From NCBI GenBank assembly GCA_964582785.1, contig CAZOTT010000004.1, forward strand, positions 1 to 61,447: DNA of 61,447 nt. Direction: 5' to 3'. Under the pieces are notes generated by a model. The model did not search any database and was not told the origin of the DNA. It saw only the letters and a list, made by a program, of their open reading frames with translations. The position numbers and the translations under genes are program-made. Origin of the DNA: an uncultured Acidobacteriota bacterium (lineage in GTDB: Bacteria; Acidobacteriota; Polarisedimenticolia; J045). Positions 9,489-17,743 of this stretch are shown here, piece after piece. Position 1 is the stretch's first letter. Each line of letters begins with the position of its first letter.

Positions 9489-10829
9489 TCACTTCCGGGC
9501 GGCGCGCTCGAACGAGGCGGCCAGGTCGCGGATGATGTCGTCCGGGTGCTCGATCCCGATGGAGAGCCGGATGCCGCCCGGGTCGATCCCGGCCCCCAGC
9601 TTGGCCTCCTCGGGGACCACCGCGTGGGTCATCGCGGCCGGCATCTCGATCAGGGTCCGGAGCTGCCCGAGGCTGACGGCGAGGGTGATCGTGTAGGCGT
9701 TCTCCGCCACGTCGTCCACGAACCGCTTGGCGAGATCGAACCGTTCGCGGGGCTCCCCGGCCAGTTCGAAGTAGATCATGAACCCGGGCATGAACTCCCC
9801 GTCGAAGTCCAGCATCTGCCTCCGCGCGACCTCCCGCCACGGGAAGTCGTCCCGGCCCGGGTAGTGCACCCTGCCCACCAGCGGGTGCTCCGCGAGGAAG
9901 TCCGCGACCTTCCGGGCGACCTCCGCCTGCCGGTGGATCCGCATGTTCAGGGTCGGCAGCCCGTAGACGAGGGTGGGCCAGGCCGACTTCGGCGCGAGGA
10001 CGCCCCCGAAATCCTTCCGGTAGAGGATCAGCTCGCTCTCGAGGGCCGCGGGGCCGGCGACGACGCCCCCCATGTCGGTCCCGAAACCACCGACGTTCTT
10101 GGTCAGGGAGGCGACGACCAGGTCCGCCCCGTGCCGCAGGGGGCGCTGCCCCGCCGGCGTGGCGAAGGTGTTGTCGACGACCACCCGGATCTTCTCCTCC
10201 TCCGCCCGGGGCCCGTTGTGGCGCGCCACCACCCGCGCCACCGCCTCGATGTCGATCACCTCGAGGATCGGGTTCGTCGGGGTCTCGAAGTAGACGACGC
10301 GGGTCTCCGGCCGGATCGCCTCGTCGAGCACCGCGGGATCGGTCAGGTCGACGTAGCTGCCCTCGATCCCGTACCGGGGAAGCCACCCGGTCAGCAGGCT
10401 GTAGGTGCAGCCGTAGAGGGTCCGGTGGGCGATGAAGTGCTCCCCCTGCTTCAGCAGGACCCCGAAGGCGGCGGAGATCGCCGCCATCCCGGTGGAGAAG
10501 CAGAGGGCCATCTCCGCTCCCTCGGCCATCGCCAGGTGGTCCTCGAGCATGGCCCGGGTCGGCTCGTCCAGCCGGTCGTAGATGTACACGGGGTGCCGGC
10601 GATACTCCCGCTCCTCCGGGTCGGCGAACTCCTGGAACCCCATCGCGCCCCGCTCGGCGCTGTCCAGCCGGTAGGTCACGGAGCTGGAAAGGGGCGGGAC
10701 GACGTGGTGGTCGTAGTCCCACTGGCCGGTCCGGTGACGGCCGTGGACCAGGAACGAGCGCAGGTTGTAGTTCCCTTCCCGGACCTCCCGGTGGAAGGGG
10801 GTCTCGTCCGGCCGCTTGCGATCGCTCAT
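9489..10829 (-). CDS. Cys/Met-metabolism PLP-dependent enzyme (methionine gamma-lyase / O-acylhomoserine sulfhydrylase family)
   Basis: 446 aa. YFETPTNP, DNTFATP and SLTKNVGG (PLP lysine). The family is clear; the exact activity is not. Confidence 0.85.
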   Translation of the reverse strand: MSDRKRPDETPFHREVREGNYNLRSFLVHGRHRTGQWDYDHHVVPPLSSSVTYRLDSAERGAMGFQEFADPEEREYRRHPVYIYDRLDEPTRAMLEDHLAMAEGAEMALCFSTGMAAISAAFGVLLKQGEHFIAHRTLYGCTYSLLTGWLPRYGIEGSYVDLTDPAVLDEAIRPETRVVYFETPTNPILEVIDIEAVARVVARHNGPRAEEEKIRVVVDNTFATPAGQRPLRHGADLVVASLTKNVGGFGTDMGGVVAGPAALESELILYRKDFGGVLAPKSAWPTLVYGLPTLNMRIHRQAEVARKVADFLAEHPLVGRVHYPGRDDFPWREVARRQMLDFDGEFMPGFMIYFELAGEPRERFDLAKRFVDDVAENAYTITLAVSLGQLRTLIEMPAAMTHAVVPEEAKLGAGIDPGGIRLSIGIEHPDDIIRDLAASFERAARK

Positions 10830-10908
10830 CGAACACCTCCCGGGAGGACGGCTCTCCCCGGAAAGTGAAGAGGATACCCCATCCGCCGCGCCTCCCGGGA
10901 AGACCGGG

Positions 10909-13900
10909 CTACCAGGAAACCGGCAGCCGGACCCGCTCGCCGGTCCGCTTCGAGCGGAAGACCACGTACCCTTCCTGGCGGCCGTGGGCCCACAGGGCGG
11001 CCGTGATCCGGACGTCGTCCCTGCAATACTTTTCCACCAGGTCGAACCTGCCCTCCGCGACCCAGGCGAGGGACTGGAGCCCGTCGGCGGACTTCCCCGC
11101 GCCGAGGGTCTCCCGCGCCAGGTGGGCCAACGAAAGGCGAAAACCGAGGCGGCGCCGGACCTCGGCCAGCAGGTCGAGGGTGCGGACGCGGTGCACCCGG
11201 GCGCCGGCGTACGCCTCGAGGACGACCAGGTCGAACCGGTCCACGTTGAACCCGACGACCCGGTCGGCGGCGAGCAGGTCTTCCACCAGGTCGCCGGCGT
11301 CCGCCTCGAAGTAGGTCCGGAAGAGCCCGGTCTCGCCGTCCAGCACCACGCCGAGGGCGAGACCCATCTCGCGGATGTTGCCCCAGCCGCCCACGTCCCG
11401 GGCGCCCCGCAGGGTCTCGAGGTCGAAAAAGAGCCAGCGCCCCTCCTCCGGGTGGAGCAGCTCGGCCGGCCGCGCCAGTCCCCCAGGCCAGGGCTCGTGC
11501 TCCAGCAGGACCGGCCCGGACCTTCCCGGCGCCGCTGCCGGCGTGGCCCCGGGCGGCTGCGCCCCCGGCGCCGGCGGGGACGGCTCGGCGGGGCCGTCGA
11601 GTCCCCGCTCCCCGTGCGGACCTTCCGCCCCGGGGGCCCCCTCCGGCAGGGGCCCGCCGCCCCGGACCCCCGGGTGGACGCCCCGCCGGTGGCGGGACAG
11701 GGCCGCCTCCACCTCCGCGGAGCCCGCGTGCGGCTGCCGGGAAAGCTCGACGAGCCCGAGCGTCGCCCGGAGCACCGCCACCGACCCCTCCTTGTCGAGG
11801 GGACGGTTCCCCGAGCCGCACTTGGGGGAGTGGATGCAGGCCGGGCACCCGTCCTCGCAGGGGCACTCCGTCACCAGGCGCAGGGTGCGCCGCAGGAGTT
11901 CCTCCGCCCGCCCGAACCCGGTCCGGGCGAGCCCCACTCCTCCCGGCACCCCGTCGTAGACGAAGATCGCCGGGCCTCCCACCCGGGGATGCCGCGCGTA
12001 GGAGATGCCCCCGAGGTCCCACCGGTCGCAGATGGCGAGGAGGGGAAACAGGCCGATCGCGGCGTGCTCCACGGCATGGAGGCTCCCGGCGGGGTCATGC
12101 CCCTCCGCCACCAGCCAGGCCAGCAGGTCCTCGGGCAGGGCGAGCCAGAAACCGGTGGTCTCGAGGACCTGGGGCGGGGCCTCCAGGGGATGGCGGGAGA
12201 TCTCCTCCTGGGTGAAGAGTCGCTTCCGGGCATACGCCTCGATGAAGGTCGTCACCCGCAGCCGGCCGTGGGCGAGACGCCCCGGCCCGAGCGGCCGCTC
12301 CCCGAGCACCTCCAGGATCTCGGTCTCCTTCCGCGCGTAGACCTGGGTGAAGTGGTCCACCTCCCGCCGCTCGAGGACGATCACGCGCCGCTCCGGGTCC
12401 AGTTCCCGCGAAACGTATGCCTGCCCGGCATGGAGGTAGACCGCGCCCGGGTGTCCCTCGAACCACGCCCGGGCATCGTCCAGGGTCCCCAGGGTGCGGC
12501 CGGACCCCGCCTCCACCAGCTGCCAGGTCGCGCCGGTGCTCCGCAGGGAAACGTCCCGCTGGGGCCGGAGGCGGAGGGTCGCGTACTCCTCCCGCTCGTC
12601 GAGCCGCAACAGGCGCCCCTTCCGGGCCAGGCGTTCCGCCCGGCGCACCGCATCCTCGCCGCCCAGGGTCGCCAGGTCCGCCGGCGACAGGGGAGCCTCC
12701 GCCGCGGCGCAGACCAGGTGGGCGTCGGCGATCGCGTCGTTGCCGGGATCGAGCACCACCCGCTCGAAGGAACCGGAGAAGAACTGCTCCGGGTGACGGA
12801 CCACGTACCGGTCGAGGGCGTCCGGCAGGGCGACGAGGACGGCGAGGGATTCCCGGTCCTGGCGGCCGGCCCGCCCGATCCGCTGCCAGGCCGTGGCGAG
12901 GGACCCGGGGTAGCCGACCAGGATGCAGGCATCCAGCCCGCCGACGTCGATTCCCGCCTCCAGGGCCGAGGTGCTGATCACCCCGGCGAGTTCCCCGCCG
13001 AACAGCCGGCGCTCGATCTCCCGCCGCTCCTCCGGCAGGTAGCCCGCCCGGTAGCTCGCCACCCGCGGGGCGAGGCGGGGCCAGCCCCGGGCGAGCCACT
13101 GGTGCATCAGCTCGGTGATCCTCCGGGCCTTCGTGAAGGCGATCGTCCGGTGGCCCGCCTCGACCGCCAGGGCGAGGGTCCGCACCGCCACCGTGTACGG
13201 GCTGACCATGTCGGGTTCGAGGAAGACCACGTGCCGGGGAGCCCGGGGAGCGCCGGACCGGTCGATGACGGTGAACGGCTCCCCCGTGAGGGTCTCGATG
13301 AACTCCCGCGGGCCGCCGATCGTCGCCGACCCGGCGACCAGCGCCGGCCGGGCCCCGGCGCCCCGGGCGAGCCGCAGGAGGCGCCGGAGGACGTGGTGGA
13401 CGTGGGCCCCGAAGATGCCCCGGTAGACGTGGGCCTCGTCGAGGACCACGAGGGAGAGCCGGGCGAGGAAGCCCCGCCACGAGTCGTGCCACGGCAGGAT
13501 CGCCAGGTGCAGCATGTCCGGGTTGGTGACGAGGACGGCGGGAGGATTCCGCCGGACCCGCCGGCGCACCGCGTCGGGCGTGTCCCCGTCGTACACCTCG
13601 GCGGCCTCCCCCGGCGGGAGCCCCAGGGGAGCGAGCATCTTCCGGATCGCGGTGAGCTGGTCCCGGGCCAGGGCCTTCAGCGGGTAGAGGAAGATCGCCC
13701 GCGCTTCCGGGTTTTCCGCCCGGCGGGCGAGGAACGCCAGGAGGTAGGCGAGGGTCTTCCCCGACGCGGTCGGGGTCGCCAGGAGGACGTTCTCCCCGGC
13801 CGCCACCCGGTCCAGGGCCTCGGCCTGGTGGGACCAGGGACGGGCAATGCCGAGGGCGGCCAGGGTGTCCCGCGCGCCCTCCGGCCACGCCCCCGGCTCG

Positions 13901-14037
13901 GCGTGGCGGGCGGGTTCCGCCGGGGCGAGACCCCGGTACCGCACGTGGGGCGCGATCCGGTCGTCCCGCACCAGCCTCTCGACGAACCTCTTCACCTCGT
14001 CCCCTCCGGGCCGTTCCGGCCGGGCCGCCCCGATCAT
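10909..14037 (-). CDS. MrfA/YprA-type DEXH helicase with DUF1998 zinc module, fused to a C-terminal RNase H-fold (DEDD-like) exonuclease domain
   Basis: From MIGAARPERPGG (cat at 14035-14037). Motif I ATPTASGKT, motif II VLDEAH, motif VI QRIGRAGR, and the DUF1998 4-Cys block CPCEDGCPACIHSPKCGSGN. A ~100 aa Pro/Gly linker follows. The exonuclease-like region is WLFFDLETL..VVGFNVDRFDLVVLE..YCRDDV (nt 10912-11436). Confidence 0.85.
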   Translation of the reverse strand: MIGAARPERPGGDEVKRFVERLVRDDRIAPHVRYRGLAPAEPARHAEPGAWPEGARDTLAALGIARPWSHQAEALDRVAAGENVLLATPTASGKTLAYLLAFLARRAENPEARAIFLYPLKALARDQLTAIRKMLAPLGLPPGEAAEVYDGDTPDAVRRRVRRNPPAVLVTNPDMLHLAILPWHDSWRGFLARLSLVVLDEAHVYRGIFGAHVHHVLRRLLRLARGAGARPALVAGSATIGGPREFIETLTGEPFTVIDRSGAPRAPRHVVFLEPDMVSPYTVAVRTLALAVEAGHRTIAFTKARRITELMHQWLARGWPRLAPRVASYRAGYLPEERREIERRLFGGELAGVISTSALEAGIDVGGLDACILVGYPGSLATAWQRIGRAGRQDRESLAVLVALPDALDRYVVRHPEQFFSGSFERVVLDPGNDAIADAHLVCAAAEAPLSPADLATLGGEDAVRRAERLARKGRLLRLDEREEYATLRLRPQRDVSLRSTGATWQLVEAGSGRTLGTLDDARAWFEGHPGAVYLHAGQAYVSRELDPERRVIVLERREVDHFTQVYARKETEILEVLGERPLGPGRLAHGRLRVTTFIEAYARKRLFTQEEISRHPLEAPPQVLETTGFWLALPEDLLAWLVAEGHDPAGSLHAVEHAAIGLFPLLAICDRWDLGGISYARHPRVGGPAIFVYDGVPGGVGLARTGFGRAEELLRRTLRLVTECPCEDGCPACIHSPKCGSGNRPLDKEGSVAVLRATLGLVELSRQPHAGSAEVEAALSRHRRGVHPGVRGGGPLPEGAPGAEGPHGERGLDGPAEPSPPAPGAQPPGATPAAAPGRSGPVLLEHEPWPGGLARPAELLHPEEGRWLFFDLETLRGARDVGGWGNIREMGLALGVVLDGETGLFRTYFEADAGDLVEDLLAADRVVGFNVDRFDLVVLEAYAGARVHRVRTLDLLAEVRRRLGFRLSLAHLARETLGAGKSADGLQSLAWVAEGRFDLVEKYCRDDVRITAALWAHGRQEGYVVFRSKRTGERVRLPVSW

Positions 14038-14173
14038 GCCCGCCCCGCCGGGTCCCCGCACCCGGGGCCTCCCCGCCGGGGGATGCTCCGCCGGCCGGGC
14101 CGGGAGTTGCGGGGCCCCGGCCCCGGGCGCAGGCTGCGGGGACGCGGCCCGCCGGGGCGGCCGCCGGGACCCG

Positions 14174-15100
14174 ATGCCGATGACCCGCTGGACACCCCTC
14201 GACATCGCGATCTTCGCCCTGCTCACCCTGGTGTGGGGAACCACCTGGGCGGCGATCCGCGTCGGCCTCGCCGGCATCCCCCCGCTCACCGGGGTCGCCC
14301 TCCGGTTCGGGATCGCGGCGGCGGCGCTCCTGCCGATCGCCCTCCTGCGCCGCGTCCGTTTCGGGAGGACCCGCCGGGAGCGGCTGCTGTGGGTCGGCAA
14401 CGGGCTCTCGACGTTCGTCGTCTCCTACGTCGTCGTCTACTGGGCGGAGCAGTGGGTTCCCTCGGGTCTGGCCGCGCTGATCTTCTCCACCTATCCCCTC
14501 TTCGTCGCCCTCCAGGCCCACCTGCTGGTTCCCGGGGAACGGCTCACCCTGCCCGGGATCGCGGGGGTGCTCGTCGGCTTCGCCGGGGTCGCCCTCCTGT
14601 ACTCCGGGGAGCTGGCGGTCCCGGGCGAGACGCGCGCCGCGACCGCCGGGCTGGTCCTCCTGCTCTCCCCCTTCTTCTCCGCCCTCGGCAGCGTGATGGT
14701 GAAGCGGTGGGGCGGGGACGTGGATCCCCTCTCCCTGACCATCGTCCCGATGGCGATCGCCGCGGCGATCGTCGGGGCGATGGCCCTGGCGTGGGAGCGC
14801 GACCGCCCCCTGCTCCTCGACACCAGGTCCGTGGCGGCCCTCCTCTACCTGGCCCTCGCCGGGTCCGCCCTGACCTTCACCCTCTGGTTCCGCCTGCTCG
14901 CCCGGGTGGAGGCGACCCGGGCCTCCATGATCGCCTACACGGTCCCGGTGGTGGCGGTGCTCGTCGGGGTCCTGGCCCTCGGGGAACCCTTCACCTGGCA
15001 GGTCGCCGCCGGGGCGGCCCTCGTGCTCGCGGGCACCGGGCTGGTCCTCCGGCGCCGGGGGTCCCGGCTGCCCGCGGCGAAGACGTTCCACGAGGGCTGA
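14174..15100 (+). CDS. EamA/DMT-family transporter
   Basis: 308 aa from MPMTRWTPLD. Ten hydrophobic helices in two EamA-like halves (WGTTWAAIRVGL..; FRLLARVEATRASMIAYTVPVVAVL). Confidence 0.85.
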   Translation: MPMTRWTPLDIAIFALLTLVWGTTWAAIRVGLAGIPPLTGVALRFGIAAAALLPIALLRRVRFGRTRRERLLWVGNGLSTFVVSYVVVYWAEQWVPSGLAALIFSTYPLFVALQAHLLVPGERLTLPGIAGVLVGFAGVALLYSGELAVPGETRAATAGLVLLLSPFFSALGSVMVKRWGGDVDPLSLTIVPMAIAAAIVGAMALAWERDRPLLLDTRSVAALLYLALAGSALTFTLWFRLLARVEATRASMIAYTVPVVAVLVGVLALGEPFTWQVAAGAALVLAGTGLVLRRRGSRLPAAKTFHEG

Positions 15101-15255
15101 GAGGGACGCCGGGAAGGGAACCGGCCGCGGGGCCGTGGCGGGGGTTCCCGCCGGCGCGGCGGGACCGTGGCGGTGGAGCCGGGCCCGGAAGCGTGGCAGG
15201 CTACCCCCCGTCCCCGGGGGGACGGGGATGTCTCCCCGGGTCCGCGGAGGTCGTC

Positions 15256-15870
15256 ATGCACCCCCTTCCCCTCGCCTCGATGCCTCCCGTCGCCAAGTCC
15301 CTCGAGCTCTGGAGCCTGATGAGCTTCTTCCAGCTCGCCCTCATGCTCCTGGTGATCGGCTTCCTCCTGCACCTGGCGGACGACTACTACCGGCGGACCT
15401 TCGCCTCCTTCCGCCTGAAGCTCAGCGGCGAGAACTGGGGCATCGTCTTCCTGGCGGTGCGGGACGGTTCCCTGTTTCTCTCCTTCGTCGCGGGCCTGCT
15501 GCTGCTCAACCTGGACATCATGGCGGACATCAAGCTGGCGGTGCCGTTCGTCCCGTTCGCGACGGTCCTGACGGGCGCGGCCCTCGTTCTCAAGCTGACC
15601 CGGGACGTCTCCCGGCCGGGCGGCCCGCGGCGGACCTTCCTCTGGCTGCTGGGCGGGGCCACGGCCCTCGCCCTGCTGGGCTACGTCTTCGTCATGGAAG
15701 CGGCCCCGGACGAGTGGACGAACGCCCCCTTCTGGCAGTTCCTCCGCTCCCTGCGCTCGAACGAGAACCCGGCGCTGGCCACCTGGAGCTTCGCCGTCGC
15801 CTTCCCCCTGCTCCTCCTGGAGTTCGCCTGGCTCCTCCTGGCCGCCGGGCGCGGGAAGGCGCGCGACTGA
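15256..15870 (+). CDS. integral membrane protein, unknown function
   Basis: C-terminal 204 aa of the 1684-aa shadow ORF. ATG at 15256 is preceded by GGAGG. There are about six TM helices. Confidence 0.6.
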   Translation: MHPLPLASMPPVAKSLELWSLMSFFQLALMLLVIGFLLHLADDYYRRTFASFRLKLSGENWGIVFLAVRDGSLFLSFVAGLLLLNLDIMADIKLAVPFVPFATVLTGAALVLKLTRDVSRPGGPRRTFLWLLGGATALALLGYVFVMEAAPDEWTNAPFWQFLRSLRSNENPALATWSFAVAFPLLLLEFAWLLLAAGRGKARD

Positions 15871-15885
15871 AACCGCCGGGAACCG

Positions 15886-16734
15886 TCAGAACAGGACGAG
15901 CACCGGCAGGTCCGTCCCCGCCGCCATCGTCTCCACCGGGGAGGGACCGACGGCGCACTCCTCCGCCCGGTACCCCCAGGAGCCGAGAATCAGCAGGTCG
16001 TGGCCGTGGCGGTGGACCGCCTCGAGGATCGCCCCGTCGTGGGGCCCTTCCTCGGGGAGCCCGTCGAGTTCCACCCACCGGACCTCCGCCCGGTGTTCCT
16101 CCACGTGCCGGCGAACGTGGTTCCACTGGGCCTTCGGGTGGTAGCCGGGGACCTTGACGATCGTCAGGGGCACGCCGAGCAGGTGGGCGAGGTCGAGCGC
16201 CGGGTCGAGGGCGCCGTGGGAGGCCGCCCGGCCGTCGTAGGCGAGGACCGGCTTCTCGATCCGCTCGGGGAACGAGTCCCCCGCCAGCAGCACGGGAGCA
16301 GGCAGCCGGCGCAGGACCTTCTCGGCCACGTGTCCGAGTTCCCCCCGCGGCGCTTCCTGGGCGCCCCGCTTGCCCATGGCCAGCAGGTCCGCGTCGCGCC
16401 CGTGGGAGAGGACCCACCCGGAGGGCCGGCCGACCTCGATCAGCCGGTCGACCGGCAGCCCCGCCTCCCGGGCCACCCGCTCCGCCTCGTCGAGGATCTC
16501 CTTCCCCTCGCTCTTGAAGGCGGCCGCCAGCCGGTCCCCGATCTCGTCGATCGTCCCGATCTCGAAGAAGGTCGGCAGCCGCGCCAGGGTCCCGCCGATC
16601 AGCCGGCCGGCGTCGACCACGTGGAGCAGGTGCAGGACGCCCCCCCCGAGCCGGGCGAGGAAGATCGCCCCCGCCAGGGCCGCGCGGGACTCCGGGGAAC
16701 CGTCGAGGGCCACCAGCACGTGTCCGGTCTTCAT
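15886..16734 (-). CDS. tandem universal stress protein (2 x UspA domain)
   Basis: 282 aa. MKTGHVLVALDGSPES..LLHVVD and a second half ending GSWGYR..GPSPVETMAAGTDLPVLVLF (G-2x-G-9x-G(S/T)-like ATP motif). Confidence 0.85.
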   Translation of the reverse strand: MKTGHVLVALDGSPESRAALAGAIFLARLGGGVLHLLHVVDAGRLIGGTLARLPTFFEIGTIDEIGDRLAAAFKSEGKEILDEAERVAREAGLPVDRLIEVGRPSGWVLSHGRDADLLAMGKRGAQEAPRGELGHVAEKVLRRLPAPVLLAGDSFPERIEKPVLAYDGRAASHGALDPALDLAHLLGVPLTIVKVPGYHPKAQWNHVRRHVEEHRAEVRWVELDGLPEEGPHDGAILEAVHRHGHDLLILGSWGYRAEECAVGPSPVETMAAGTDLPVLVLF

Positions 16735-16849
16735 CTGCCGTCCTCCTCCGGGTTCGGGAGCGGCGATTCTATCCCAGCCGCCCGGTTCCCGGGTATCCTC
16801 TGCTCTTCCCGGGACGGCGCGGCACGCCCCGTCCCGCCACGGACGGCCG

Positions 16850-17638
16850 ATGCAGCTTCCCTACCTCTCCGGCGACCTGCGGGATGCCTTCGACGCCTGG
16901 CTTGAGGACACCCTGGCCCGGTACCTGCCGCCGCTCACCTTCACCGAGCTCCGCAAGGGGGTGCAGGCGCTGACCGCCCTGTGGAACCGGGCCGGTTCCG
17001 GCGCCGCCCTCGATCGCCGGGCGACGGACGGGCGGGGAAAGCGGGCGGCCCTCGCCACCTGGTTCGCGGCCCTCCGCTTTCTCACCACCCACCACGCCCT
17101 GCGGATGGTCGGCGAGGAGCTGGGAACCCCGCGGGAGATCGTGGACGCGGGCTGCGGCACGGGGGCGGTGGGAGCCGCCGTCGCCCGGACGATCGCCCCC
17201 TCCGCCCGGATCCTCGGGATCGATCGCTCGGGCTGGGCCCTCGAGGAGGCCCGCCGGACCTGGGCCGCCTTCGGGATCGCGGGGCGGGCCCTGCGGGAGG
17301 AACTCCCCGGGGGCCTGCCCTTCCCCGCCCGCGGGCGGCTGCTCGTCCTCGGGTGGACGGCGAGCCGGCTGGACCCGGGTCCCCGGGAACGGCTCCTCGC
17401 CCGGGCGGTCGCCCACGCGAAGAAGGGGGGAGGGGTCCTGGTGCTCGAGCCGGTATCCCGGAAGGCCGGGGTCGCCTGGTGGAACCTGTGGGCGGAGCGG
17501 CTCGCCCCGGTGGGCGTCCGGGAAGAGACGATCCGGGTCGCGATCCACCGCCCGCGGTTTCTCCGGGAGATGGACCGGGCCGCGCGCCTCGACCACCAGG
17601 TGATCGGGGCCCGGGTGCTGGTCGGCCGCCGGGCCTGA
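16850..17638 (+). CDS. class I SAM-dependent methyltransferase
   Basis: 262 aa from MQLPYLSGDL. Motif I IVDAGCGTGAVG. The upstream part of ORF 16370..17638 is a shadow of the Usp gene. Confidence 0.7.
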   Translation: MQLPYLSGDLRDAFDAWLEDTLARYLPPLTFTELRKGVQALTALWNRAGSGAALDRRATDGRGKRAALATWFAALRFLTTHHALRMVGEELGTPREIVDAGCGTGAVGAAVARTIAPSARILGIDRSGWALEEARRTWAAFGIAGRALREELPGGLPFPARGRLLVLGWTASRLDPGPRERLLARAVAHAKKGGGVLVLEPVSRKAGVAWWNLWAERLAPVGVREETIRVAIHRPRFLREMDRAARLDHQVIGARVLVGRRA

Positions 17639-17743
17639 CCGGGGCCGCGGCGGCGGGACCCCCGCCCGTCCTTGCGTGCAACTCTCCTTCCCCGTACCTC
17701 TTGGGCCGGACCGGGACCGTTCCCCGGGCCCGAAGGAGCCGTC

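Noticed and set aside
10909-14037. Interpreting the DUF1998 helicase as part of a DISARM-like or other phage-defence island
   Set aside because: The flanking genes are metabolic or transport genes (a PLP enzyme, EamA). No methylase, PLD nuclease or other defence genes are nearby. The MrfA/YprA-type single-chain architecture fits DNA repair better.
10816-15870. 1684-aa plus-strand ORF. Similar giants occur at 21279..25862(-) 1527 aa, 16769..19771(-) 1000 aa, 12095..15091(-) 998 aa, 39547..42399(+) 950 aa and 8385..10868(+) 827 aa.
   Set aside because: These are Arg/Pro/Gly/Ala-rich low-complexity translations with no family motifs. They lie antisense to or out of frame with genes that carry clear catalytic motifs, which is the typical shadow-ORF pattern of very GC-rich DNA. 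Only the last 204 aa of 10816..15870 look like a real membrane protein.
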